Under the pieces are notes generated by a model. That model searched no databases and was not told the origin of the DNA. It saw only the letters and a list, made by a program, of their open reading frames with translations. Of a stretch of 64,000 bases of DNA, positions 51,640 through 61,186 are shown piece after piece. Made by a program: the position numbers and the translations under genes. The DNA comes from Bacteroidia bacterium (lineage in GTDB: Bacteria > Bacteroidota > Bacteroidia > NS11-12g > UBA9320). Each line of letters starts with the position of its first letter. The first letter of the stretch is position 1. The stretch covers positions 235,464 through 299,463 of the forward strand of contig CBDCFW010000004.1 in NCBI GenBank assembly GCA_965216465.1. Direction: 5' to 3'.

Positions 51640-53555
51640 TTTCTAAATTTAGGGATGTGAATTATAAATGTAGATCCCTCTCCGTAAACCGATTCTAAGA
51701 ACATTTTACCCTTGTTCACACTGAGGTATTCTTTTGATAATTTAAGGCCAATTCCAACCCCAAATTTGGTGTCATCTTTGGTATAGATTTCATCGCCTAA
51801 AATTTTGTCAAACTCGCTCTTTTCAATTCCTACGCCAAAATCCTGAACACTAATTACAATAGTCTCGTCTTGGGCAAAAGCACGAACGACTATTTTTTCG
51901 CCATAATCGCTGAACTTAACTGCATTGCTGATTATATTTCGGATGATAATTTCAAGTTGAGATTGGTCAACAAAAGCTATTAGATCTGAGCCGACAGACT
52001 CAGTATCGATGAGCAAATTGCTGTCACTAGCTCGAGTAGAAACATAGGAAACGGCTTTTAATACAACTTCTTTAACATCAACGGCTTCCCTATTCGCATT
52101 TGCCCCTTTAATTTGATTGATAGACCATTTAAGGATGGAATCAACGTTTCCGCGTAAGTCATCCAATCGATCGTTAATGCTTTTAATAATTTCACTGCGG
52201 TCTTCATACGATAGTGCATCCATTTTCATGAGCTCTAAGATGTTTTCTACATCAGCCAATGGAGATCGAATATCGTGAGTCAGAGTCGTAATAATCTTGT
52301 CTTTGTGCTTATTTGAAGTAGCTAGTTTTTCGTTCAGCACTACACGTTTCTTGTTACCCGTTACCAGAACATAGATGAAGAGTCCGCCAAGTACAAGAGC
52401 TAAAATCAACTTTATTATCGTATGGTTGGTTTTATTAAGCTCAATTTGACTACGAAGCATTTCGCTTTCCAGTTGTTGCATCTTGGCTTCAGATTGCTCT
52501 ATTTCATTAATAAGGTGAGCGAATTTTATCTTCTCAATGTGAAGTGAGTCGATTATTGTTTTTACCTTTTTGTTATGAACGAGTGCTGCTTTGTAATTTC
52601 CATTTTTTTCATACAGTTCGGCCATCAGGCGTTCAGCTTTAAGTATTCGCTCAAAATTTCCAAGTTCATTTGCTATGTTTAAAGCAGTTTCTCCTTTTTG
52701 TTCCGCTATAGAAAATTGGTCGACTTTAGTATGGTATTCAATTCTATTTAAAAGGTTGATGAGCTCAAATTCTTTAGCGAAATCTTTAAATTCTAACTTT
52801 TCAGCGAGCAGTATATAGTGCTCTGCAGAATCCAGTTGGAAATCAGCCATATAGAACTGGGCCAGCTCACTGTACAAGTAAAACAGGATGTCTTCATGAA
52901 ATTTAATGGCATTGGAGTCATTTAGCGTCCGAAGGTGACCTTTTATAGCTCTTTTGTGTTCTCCTAACTTGTGCTGTTCGTAACACAATGCCATTTTGAT
53001 TAAGTATTTATTGAGTTCATCATATTCGTCTAGACTTTCACTTTTCAGGCCAAGCTTGAACTGTTTTATAGCATCTTCATGCAAGTCTAATGAACTAAAA
53101 ACGAGCCCCATGTTGTAATAAAACAAAACATCTGAGGTGCCACTACTGTCGCATGCTATTGCTTGCGATTCGTTAAAGTATCGAATGGCTGATTCATTAT
53201 CGCCAAGCGATGAGATTACACAACCAAGGTTAAAATAGATTCCTTTAAGCTTGCATGAATCTTGAATCACAGCAAAATTGTCTTTCGCGGAGAAAAAGTT
53301 GTTTAAAGCCTGTTTGTAGTTTCCTTCAGCATACTCGTCATATGCCTTTGCATAAAAAAGGTTGCCGGGTTTCAGCCCTTTAGTGTAGTCTTCTTCAAGC
53401 TCTTCTATTGCTAAGTTTAGGTATTTCTCAGCTATTGAATCGTTAACATCTACATTGTCAGTGTACTGTTGGTAATACTCCTCAAATTGAACGTTTTGCC
53501 CCCAAAGGGAAAGTGTGCAACTTAGCAGGGTAAAGAGTGATAGAATTTTAGCCAT
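51636..53555 (-). CDS. TPR-containing sensor histidine kinase (no adjacent response regulator)
   Basis: Signal peptide, TPR repeats, TM helix, THDIRSPL H-box, [20 protein letters not shown]. Confidence 0.9.
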   Translation of the reverse strand: MAKILSLFTLLSCTLSLWGQNVQFEEYYQQYTDNVDVNDSIAEKYLNLAIEELEEDYTKGLKPGNLFYAKAYDEYAEGNYKQALNNFFSAKDNFAVIQDSCKLKGIYFNLGCVISSLGDNESAIRYFNESQAIACDSSGTSDVLFYYNMGLVFSSLDLHEDAIKQFKLGLKSESLDEYDELNKYLIKMALCYEQHKLGEHKRAIKGHLRTLNDSNAIKFHEDILFYLYSELAQFYMADFQLDSAEHYILLAEKLEFKDFAKEFELINLLNRIEYHTKVDQFSIAEQKGETALNIANELGNFERILKAERLMAELYEKNGNYKAALVHNKKVKTIIDSLHIEKIKFAHLINEIEQSEAKMQQLESEMLRSQIELNKTNHTIIKLILALVLGGLFIYVLVTGNKKRVVLNEKLATSNKHKDKIITTLTHDIRSPLADVENILELMKMDALSYEDRSEIIKSINDRLDDLRGNVDSILKWSINQIKGANANREAVDVKEVVLKAVSYVSTRASDSNLLIDTESVGSDLIAFVDQSQLEIIIRNIISNAVKFSDYGEKIVVRAFAQDETIVISVQDFGVGIEKSEFDKILGDEIYTKDDTKFGVGIGLKLSKEYLSVNKGKMFLESVYGEGSTFIIHIPKFRN

Positions 53556-53594
53556 GTAGGGTAGTAGTGATTTTATCGGGGTGCAAAATAGAGA

Positions 53595-54827
53595 TTAACT
53601 CCCATTTTTGCTAATGACTCCTAAAGTTAGCCAATTGGCAATTGCTTGTCTGTTATTTACAATAAGCAATCGTTTCTGGTCGAAGTCGTTGGTGATATTG
53701 CCAAGCTCAATATATACAACAGGAGGTATAGTTTCTCTCAAGGTATGGAGGTCTCTACTCTTTACAACGCCTTTGTATCCTCTATTTGCTTGGTGGTCGT
53801 CATATTCGCTCTTAATTGTAGTGTACATTTCTGTTGCCAATTCTTTTCCAGTATTGCTTCCAGGATAATAGTAAAAGAATATGTCGACTTTTTGCTCAAC
53901 ATAACGACTGTCGATGTGAACTTCAATAACTCTTTGAATTGTAGCACCTTCATTTTTGTGTTTGGCATACAATTCATTAATCTTATTTGAGCGTTGCTTT
54001 AATCTACGTACATGATTCAATGGGATTTTTTGGTTGTACCACACCGTTTCATCTTTATCAGGGTCGAGGTATTCTTCATCTCTAATTCCGTCATCATCAC
54101 GGGTAATTACATAAACTGTAGCACTGTGCTGAAGTAGGTTTCGAGCAAGTCTTAAGGTTACGTCATAGGCATATTCATCCTCACACAAAACGTGTCCGTC
54201 TTTCTTAGTCATTGCCCCTGGGTCCGGACCTCCATGACCGCTAATTAAATAATAAACCTGGCCTTTTAATTTTTCAGTGTAGATTGGAGTTTTTTCATAG
54301 TCTTTTCCGAAGATTGGAAATACTTCAGTGCGTATTGCTTCTCCGCTTTCGTCGTGCTCGTACTCTTCTGTATTATCTGAAGTGATGGCAGAAATATCTT
54401 GTGCACTGGCTTCTTCGTTCATACAGTTTAGTGCATGAACAGGCACCCACAATTGTTTGTCTTCTCTAAAATCCGTTTCGCGAACACCTGATGAAAGCAA
54501 GCTCTCGTTGTATTTCTGAATATACACCGCTAGTTCGTAATCTTCAATGTTTATTGTCGTGCGAATACTCTTTCCGTTGTATTCATAAACGGCTATTGGA
54601 AGAATGTATGTTTTGTCGAGTTGAAGGTGGTCTGACTTGTTTAAATTGTTGTATTTGAGAAAACTGTCAACATTGCAAGTGTGTGCAGCCAGGTCGTAAC
54701 GATTTAATAGTACGCTAATGCCATCTCCTCTCTTTGCTTTTATTTTTAAGTTTTCCTGGCCTTTTGCTGTTAGTGCGAAGAGACCAATTAATATGAATGT
54801 AAAAATTTGTTTATGTAGACCAACCAT
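53595..54827 (-). CDS. N-acetylmuramoyl-L-alanine amidase (Amidase_3)
   Basis: SGHGGPDPGA, EDEYAYD, EVHID, IELGNI; ATG at 54827 gives a signal peptide. Confidence 0.88.
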   Translation of the reverse strand: MVGLHKQIFTFILIGLFALTAKGQENLKIKAKRGDGISVLLNRYDLAAHTCNVDSFLKYNNLNKSDHLQLDKTYILPIAVYEYNGKSIRTTINIEDYELAVYIQKYNESLLSSGVRETDFREDKQLWVPVHALNCMNEEASAQDISAITSDNTEEYEHDESGEAIRTEVFPIFGKDYEKTPIYTEKLKGQVYYLISGHGGPDPGAMTKKDGHVLCEDEYAYDVTLRLARNLLQHSATVYVITRDDDGIRDEEYLDPDKDETVWYNQKIPLNHVRRLKQRSNKINELYAKHKNEGATIQRVIEVHIDSRYVEQKVDIFFYYYPGSNTGKELATEMYTTIKSEYDDHQANRGYKGVVKSRDLHTLRETIPPVVYIELGNITNDFDQKRLLIVNNRQAIANWLTLGVISKNGS

Positions 54828-55464
54828 GTGTTCCTGTGAGCGGAACAAAGTTAAATTTGCCGTGACTAGTTTGCTTATATTCATTTTCACCATGACGTTC
54901 TATTAGTATCATTTTTTGGACATCTCGATCGCCAACTGGGGCTACGAGTTTTCCGTTAACTTTTAACTGTTTGGTAAGTGAGTTCATAAGCTTAGGGGCC
55001 GCAGCGGTAAGAATAATCTTATCGTACGGAGCAAATTGACTCAAACCATTTGAGCCATCCCCATAAAAAGTTGCAATATTTAAGCCAAGTTTAGAAAACA
55101 AGGTTTTTGCTGTTTCGTGAAGTTCTCTTACGGTTTCAATAGTGTAAACGTCAGCTCCTAATACTTTTAAGATAGCAGCTTGATATCCCGAACCTGTTCC
55201 AATTTCTAATATTTTGTCTCCTTTTTTAATGTCGAGCAAAGCGGTTTGCATGGCTACAGTGTACGGCTGAGAGATGGTTTGACCTCCTCCAATAGGAAAA
55301 GCAATATTGTCATATGCCTTGTCGACGAAGTCGTCTGGAAAGAAAAAATGTCGAGGAACTTTTTGTAATGCAGAAAGAACTTTTTGAGAAGAAACACCCA
55401 TTCTTTTAACCTCATCAACCAGTTGTTTTCGCTTTCCTTGTAGTTTGTATGAATCTTGTAGCAA
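54811..55464 (-). CDS. pcm: Protein-L-isoaspartate O-methyltransferase
   Basis: VPRH.F, GQTISQPYTVA, LEIGTGSGYQAA, APYDKI..TAA, FVPL. Confidence 0.95.
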   Translation of the reverse strand: MLQDSYKLQGKRKQLVDEVKRMGVSSQKVLSALQKVPRHFFFPDDFVDKAYDNIAFPIGGGQTISQPYTVAMQTALLDIKKGDKILEIGTGSGYQAAILKVLGADVYTIETVRELHETAKTLFSKLGLNIATFYGDGSNGLSQFAPYDKIILTAAAPKLMNSLTKQLKVNGKLVAPVGDRDVQKMILIERHGENEYKQTSHGKFNFVPLTGTHGWST

Positions 55465-55550
55465 GTGTTTAGTTTTTAATACGCAGCAAATATCAATGTT
55501 TTTAGCAGAAATAAATTAACACCGTATTTCGTGATATAGAAAATTAAGGT

Positions 55551-56486
55551 TTGCGAATAGGAATTTTAGGATCAGGGAATTTTTCTTCTAAGGTATTAAA
55601 TGTGCTTCAAGAAGATGAAAGCTTGGAGGTGGTTGGAGCCTTTGACTCAGCATCAATAGATGGTTTAAATCAGTTTACATCATTTGCCGAATTCTTGGTA
55701 GAGATTGATGCCGTTTTGATTTTGGATTTCTTATTTACCAATTACGATTTTGTTTCTGAAATTGTAAAGAACGGAAAGCACGTATATATCGAAAGCCCTA
55801 ACTTATGTAGTCGTCGCGATTTACGAAATTTAGAGATGCTGGCTTACGAGTCAGGAAGTACAATTCAAGTAGGCCTAAAGCAGCGTTTTTATAATTTTTA
55901 CGACGATCTCGAAAAGTATAAAATTATCCCTCGAATAATTGATACCAATCGGTTTGTGAAGTTTAATAAGAAATCTACACATTTAAGTGTGATTGATGAT
56001 TTGATGACGCACGACCTTGATGTTACCATGAAATTGGCAGGTGCAGAGGTTAAATCTGTCTATGCCACTGCTGTAGGAGTGTATTATAAAGATCCTGATT
56101 TAGTAAACGCACGGGTTGAGTTTTACAACGGTTGTGTTGCAAATCTCTCGGCGAGTAAAATATCGAACAAAGATGTTCACGACACCAAATTCTTTCAGAA
56201 CAACACCTATTGCTCAATTGATTTCGTGAACCAGATGCTAAAGGTTCAAAACAATACTGGAGAAGATGAAGGACCTGAGGAACAATGGGGGGTTAAAACG
56301 ACCTATAATCAAGCCAAAGACTCCGATGGTTATGTTTCTATGCTCAAAAAAGAAATCTCTTCGTTTTACAATTGCATTGCAAAAAAAGTTGAACCAAGTG
56401 CTGGTATTTCACAATATTTGCAGCTTCAATCAGTAACCGATAAAATTAAAGAGCAATTAGAACGCAATTTCACAACAAACGCTTAA
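55551..56486 (+). CDS. Gfo/Idh/MocA family oxidoreductase-like protein (divergent)
   Basis: RIGILG.G, GKHVYIE.P, IQVG...RF, DLMTHDLD, NARVEF.NGCVANL.AS. Confidence 0.75.
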   Translation: MRIGILGSGNFSSKVLNVLQEDESLEVVGAFDSASIDGLNQFTSFAEFLVEIDAVLILDFLFTNYDFVSEIVKNGKHVYIESPNLCSRRDLRNLEMLAYESGSTIQVGLKQRFYNFYDDLEKYKIIPRIIDTNRFVKFNKKSTHLSVIDDLMTHDLDVTMKLAGAEVKSVYATAVGVYYKDPDLVNARVEFYNGCVANLSASKISNKDVHDTKFFQNNTYCSIDFVNQMLKVQNNTGEDEGPEEQWGVKTTYNQAKDSDGYVSMLKKEISSFYNCIAKKVEPSAGISQYLQLQSVTDKIKEQLERNFTTNA

Positions 56487-56512
56487 TCGCATTATTTCAA
56501 TTCTTTGGGCTT

Positions 56513-57370
56513 TTGGCCCTACTTATTTGTTTTTCAGGATGCGACGATGAAGAGCCAATTCCAGGCTACCTGTATATTCCTTCTATGAATTTAGATGTTA
56601 ATGCCAATGGAACACAGGGTTCAGACGCACATCAAATTCTTGATGCATGGGTTTATGTGGCTGGTGAATTTATTGGTGTGTTTGAATTACCTACAAGAAT
56701 TCCAGTATTGAAAGAAGGGGAACAAGAACTAACAATACTTGCGGGCATTAAGAAAAATGGACTTGTAAATAGCAGGGTAGCTTATCCCTTCTATGCTCCT
56801 TTTGAAAAAACCATAAACTTAGTTCCATCAGAGATAGATACGTTAATCCCAACCATTCGATACCGTGAAAATGTGATTTTTCCTTGGTTAGAAGACTTTG
56901 AAGATCAGTCTATTTCGCTTGAACGCAGCGGTTCAAATACTACGATTGATAGTCTTGTGATTACAGGCAATAGTGATCTTGTTTATAATTTCGACGGAGT
57001 ATCAAATCGCTTTAGTGGCGAGGTGGTTTCTGATACTGGATTTCAAATTTTTGAGAACAGTTCGGTGCAACTTTTTGATTTACCACGTAAAGGCCAGGAA
57101 ATCTATCTGGAATTTAACTACAAGACTGATGCAGAGCTTATTGCAGGAATTTATCCTATATCTGGCAGTGTGGTTGCAGGTGTTCCAATTGTCAACTTTT
57201 TCGCAACTGACGAATGGAAAAAAGCTTACGTGAGTTTAAAAGAAGACGTTAATAGTGCTGCATATGCCGGATTCGATTTCCGTGTTTTCTTCCATCAACA
57301 AACCAATAATACCGAGATGGTGCCCAAGATTTATCTCGATAATATTAAATTAGTCCACTTTGAACCGTAG
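56513..57370 (+). CDS. Hypothetical lipoprotein (true start probably upstream)
   Basis: FSGC lipobox followed by DDEEPIPGY; frame open upstream to 56450. Confidence 0.7.
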   Translation: MALLICFSGCDDEEPIPGYLYIPSMNLDVNANGTQGSDAHQILDAWVYVAGEFIGVFELPTRIPVLKEGEQELTILAGIKKNGLVNSRVAYPFYAPFEKTINLVPSEIDTLIPTIRYRENVIFPWLEDFEDQSISLERSGSNTTIDSLVITGNSDLVYNFDGVSNRFSGEVVSDTGFQIFENSSVQLFDLPRKGQEIYLEFNYKTDAELIAGIYPISGSVVAGVPIVNFFATDEWKKAYVSLKEDVNSAAYAGFDFRVFFHQQTNNTEMVPKIYLDNIKLVHFEP

Positions 57371-58772
57371 GTTACTTACATTAAAATATTTTCTTCTTGA
57401 CTTTCTGGCTTCTTCTGTTGCATGGGGGTTATTTTTCATTTTTAGAAAATGCTATGTAGATGGTGCGTTTAATTCCTACTACATGCAATATGTGTGGAAT
57501 GACTCTAAGCTCTATTATGGTATGGTGCTGATTCCGCTATTTTGGGCTGCATTGTATACGCTGTTTGGGTTATACAGAAATGTTTATAGGAAGTCTAGGT
57601 TAAGAGAATTTATGCGGGTACTTACAGCAAGTGCTTTAGGGGTATTAATCATCTTTTTTACCCTTGTTTTGGATGACGAGGTGAATGCATATCAACGCTA
57701 TTACCAATCGATATCTGTGTTGTTTGGCTTGCACTTTGTTCCCACTTCAATTTTTAGATTCATACTTTCTAGCAGAATTGCACACAAGATTAAAAATAGA
57801 GAGATTGGATTTAAAACGATCATAGTAGGAGCAGGTCCCAAGGCTTTAAAAATTTACAATGAATTAACTTCAGCTAAGAAATCGGAAGGTCATTTTATAC
57901 TTGGGTTTTTGAATGTAAATGGCGAGAACAAAGACATCACAGATGTTCCTCATTTAGGTGATATGAAGAGATTGACGGAAGTAATCCGAGAAAAAGAGAT
58001 TGAGGAAGTGATTATCGCCATAGAAGACAACCATAAAGATGAAATTCCAACAATTTTAACCTTGCTTGAGGGCTTAAAAATTGTAATTAAAATTCTTCCC
58101 AATATGTATCAACACCTAGCGGGAATGGTTAAGATGGGAAATGTGTTTGGGGCTGTTTTAATTCAGATTCAGACCGATGTGTTACCGCCTTGGCAGAAAT
58201 TATTCAAGCGTAGTTTTGATATTGTAGTTTCACTTCTCGTTTTGATTTTAGGTCTTCCATTTTATGTGGTAATCGGACTGTTGGTTAAACTAGGATCTAA
58301 AGGCCCTATCTTTTATAAGCAAGAAAGAATTGGAATATTTGGTAAGCCTTTCGATATTGTAAAATTTAGAAGTATGAAGGTAGACGCAGAAGCCGCCGGT
58401 CCTCAACTCAGTAAAGAAGAGGATCCAAGAATTACGCGAATGGGTAAGTTTTTGCGCAAAACTCGAATAGATGAATTTCCCCAATTTTGGAATGTTTTAA
58501 TTGGTGATATGAGTGTAGTGGGACCTAGACCGGAGCGTCAATTCTTTATAGATCAAATATTAGAAAAAGCACCACATTACAATCGATTACATCAGGTAAA
58601 ACCGGGAATTACTTCGTGGGGTCAGGTGAAATATGGCTATGCCGAAAATGTTGATGAGATGGTAGAACGCCTGGAGTACGACCTACTTTACATGGAAAAT
58701 ATCTCGCTACAACTAGACCTTAAGATTTTAATCTATACCGTTTTGATTATGATTCAGGGTAGAGGGAAATAA
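57360..58772 (+). CDS. Undecaprenyl-phosphate sugar phosphotransferase (WcaJ/WbaP family)
   Basis: KRSFDI, KFRSM, DPRIT..GKFLRKTRIDEFPQ, GDMSVVGPRPE, KPGIT.WGQ. Confidence 0.93.
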   Translation: MNRRLLTLKYFLLDFLASSVAWGLFFIFRKCYVDGAFNSYYMQYVWNDSKLYYGMVLIPLFWAALYTLFGLYRNVYRKSRLREFMRVLTASALGVLIIFFTLVLDDEVNAYQRYYQSISVLFGLHFVPTSIFRFILSSRIAHKIKNREIGFKTIIVGAGPKALKIYNELTSAKKSEGHFILGFLNVNGENKDITDVPHLGDMKRLTEVIREKEIEEVIIAIEDNHKDEIPTILTLLEGLKIVIKILPNMYQHLAGMVKMGNVFGAVLIQIQTDVLPPWQKLFKRSFDIVVSLLVLILGLPFYVVIGLLVKLGSKGPIFYKQERIGIFGKPFDIVKFRSMKVDAEAAGPQLSKEEDPRITRMGKFLRKTRIDEFPQFWNVLIGDMSVVGPRPERQFFIDQILEKAPHYNRLHQVKPGITSWGQVKYGYAENVDEMVERLEYDLLYMENISLQLDLKILIYTVLIMIQGRGK

Positions 58773-60252
58773 ATGCTTCACCTAAATGGTCAATAATGTC
58801 ACGAGCAATTAGTGACTCATATCCTTTCTTTTTAAGGGCTAAATCTCCAGCTATTCCGTGTACATAAACTCCTAACAATGATGCATCTTCTGAAGAATAG
58901 CCTTGAGAAATTAAACTCGATAAAATACCGGTTAAAACATCTCCGCTGCCAGCTGTAGCCATTCCTGGATTTCCTGTTGTGTTAAAGAAGAGTCTACCAT
59001 CGGATAGTGCAATTGAAGTGAATGCACCTTTAAGCACCACGATAATGTTTTGCTGTTCTGCTAACTCACGCTGAAGTCTAAGCTTCTCAGTGTCTCCATT
59101 CCATTGGCCTACCAGTCTCTCAAATTCTTTGGGGTGAGGTGTTAAAATTGAACTTTCGGGAATCAGGTTTATCCACTCTTTGTTTTGAGCAAGAATGTTG
59201 AGAGCATCAGCATCAATTATCATGGGGAGTTTAGCTGCTTTTAGATGGTCATGCACAAATTTTGCTGTTTCAGGATGTTGTCCAATTCCAGGTCCAAGGC
59301 CTACAATTTGAGTTATACTGTTAGTAGGTTTTAGGTGTTTTTTACCTGGATTTTGCTTAACCATAACTTCTGGAATTGCTGTTTGAAAGACAGGCGTTCC
59401 TGCTTTTGGGGTGACCACAGATACCAGACCTGATCCACCGCGTAAACAAGCTAAAGAACTTAACAATCCTGCTCCAATCTTTCCAAAACTTCCGACAGCA
59501 AGCTTAGCATGTCCAAAGGTTCCCTTATGTGAAAATTTAGAACGTTGCTTTAAAATTCCACTTATTGACTTTTTGGTTAATAAGAAATTTGAAGACTCAA
59601 CAGTGTCGAAGTAGGAGGGGAGCAGGCCAATATCTAAGACTTCAAATTTATTGACGAACGGAGCATTTTCAGGAAGAAAAAAAGCGAGTTTGGGTAATTG
59701 AAATGTTAAGGTGTAATCCGCCTTTATAATGGCGTCTAAGTCATTGTTCGTGTTGTCTTCGCAAAATAATCCTGAAGGAACGTCTATTGAAATCACATGA
59801 TTAGAGCAGTTGTTTATCAGCTCTATTACACTCTTAGTTAAACCTTGAGCTGGCCGATTGAGTCCAGATCCAAATATTGCATCGATTACAATTGAATTAG
59901 GAGTTATTGATGGAATATCGTTGGTGTTGTAAATGGGGATGTAAGGAACGCCAGAATCAATAAGTCGATTTTTATTTATGGTGAAGTCGTCCGAATGTTT
60001 GGTGCTAAAAATGATTCCATAACAAACAACATGATGACCACGTTGATTTAATTGTCGTGCAATGGCCAATCCATCACCACCATTGTTTCCTACGCCACAA
60101 AACACACTCAATTCGCACTTTGGGAAATGCTTTGTAATGAATAATGAGCACTTGAGAGCTGCCCGTTCCATAAGGTCGATCGATAAAACAGGTTCATTTA
60201 AAATAGTGAAGGCATCTGCCTCTTTTATTTGTGCTGCAGATAAGATTTTCAT
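58747..60252 (-). CDS. nnr: Bifunctional NAD(P)H-hydrate epimerase/dehydratase
   Basis: LMERAA, GNNGGDG, DAIFGSG, SHKGTFG, GPGIG, DADAL, TPHPKEF, ATAGSGDVL. Confidence 0.93.
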   Translation of the reverse strand: MKILSAAQIKEADAFTILNEPVLSIDLMERAALKCSLFITKHFPKCELSVFCGVGNNGGDGLAIARQLNQRGHHVVCYGIIFSTKHSDDFTINKNRLIDSGVPYIPIYNTNDIPSITPNSIVIDAIFGSGLNRPAQGLTKSVIELINNCSNHVISIDVPSGLFCEDNTNNDLDAIIKADYTLTFQLPKLAFFLPENAPFVNKFEVLDIGLLPSYFDTVESSNFLLTKKSISGILKQRSKFSHKGTFGHAKLAVGSFGKIGAGLLSSLACLRGGSGLVSVVTPKAGTPVFQTAIPEVMVKQNPGKKHLKPTNSITQIVGLGPGIGQHPETAKFVHDHLKAAKLPMIIDADALNILAQNKEWINLIPESSILTPHPKEFERLVGQWNGDTEKLRLQRELAEQQNIIVVLKGAFTSIALSDGRLFFNTTGNPGMATAGSGDVLTGILSSLISQGYSSEDASLLGVYVHGIAGDLALKKKGYESLIARDIIDHLGEAFISLYPES

Positions 60253-60335
60253 GCGAAATATTGGTTCTACCAAAGTTAGATAATTTTAAGGGGATAATCG
60301 CTTTTTGTTGGAATTTGAGAACCTATATTTGCCCA

Positions 60336-61115
60336 ATGGCATACGAATTTATAAAGGTAACTCCTGACTACGATAAGCACGTAGCATTGATTCAGTTAAA
60401 TCGTCCTAAAGAACTAAATGCATTAAACTTACAGTTGATGCTTGAGGTTAAACAAGCCTTAATGGATTTAGACGATAATGATCAGGTAAGAGCGATAATC
60501 ATCACTGGAAATGACAGAGCTTTTGCGGCCGGAGCTGATATCAAGCAAATGGCAGGAAAAGGAGCAATTGATATGTTAAAAATTGATCAATTCAGTACCT
60601 GGGATCAAATTCGTAAAACCAAGAAACCGATGATTGCAGCAGTAAGTGGATTTGCCCTTGGAGGAGGATGCGAATTGGTTATGCACTGCGATATGGTAGT
60701 AGCAAGTGAAACAGCACAATTCGGGCAGCCAGAAATTAAAATAGGCGTTATGCCTGGAGCAGGGGGTACACAAAGACTTCCCAGAGCAGTTGGTAAAGTA
60801 AAAGCTATGGAAATGGTATTGACTGGTGACTTTATTGGTGCAGAGGAAGCTTTGCAATGGGGCATGATCAATAAAATTGCCCCGGTTGAGCTTTATCTTT
60901 CAGAAGCTGTAAAAATGGCGAAGAAGATTGCCAGTATGAGCCCAATTGCTGTTCAAATGGCAAAAGAAAGTGTCTTAAAAGCCTTTGATATGCCTTTACA
61001 AGAAGCCCTTTATTTTGAGCGCAAGAATTTTTATATGCTCTTTGCAACTGAAGATCAGAAGGAAGGTATGAGTGCCTTTGTAGAAAAAAGAAAAGCCGAC
61101 TTCCAAGGGAAGTAA
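60336..61115 (+). CDS. Enoyl-CoA hydratase (PaaF-like crotonase)
   Basis: LNRPKELNAL, AFAAGADI, ALGGGCE, FGQPEI..G.MPGAGGTQRL; a TATATTTG box at 60324-60331 places the start at 60336. Confidence 0.92.
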   Translation: MAYEFIKVTPDYDKHVALIQLNRPKELNALNLQLMLEVKQALMDLDDNDQVRAIIITGNDRAFAAGADIKQMAGKGAIDMLKIDQFSTWDQIRKTKKPMIAAVSGFALGGGCELVMHCDMVVASETAQFGQPEIKIGVMPGAGGTQRLPRAVGKVKAMEMVLTGDFIGAEEALQWGMINKIAPVELYLSEAVKMAKKIASMSPIAVQMAKESVLKAFDMPLQEALYFERKNFYMLFATEDQKEGMSAFVEKRKADFQGK

Positions 61116-61135
61116 CTCAGGCATATATTAGATAT

Positions 61136-61169
61136 AAAAAAAAGCCCTTGGAAACTCCAAGGGCTTTTT
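61136..61169. terminator. Bidirectional intrinsic terminator
   Basis: A8-GCCCTTGG-AAACT-CCAAGGGC-T5. Confidence 0.85.
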
Positions 61170-61186
61170 CTTTGGGTCCATTTCTA

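Noticed and set aside
58747-58772. 26-bp convergent overlap of the sugar transferase and nnr (also 4 bp for lepA and the kinase)
   Set aside because: Short tail-to-tail overlaps are common in compact genomes; no further signal
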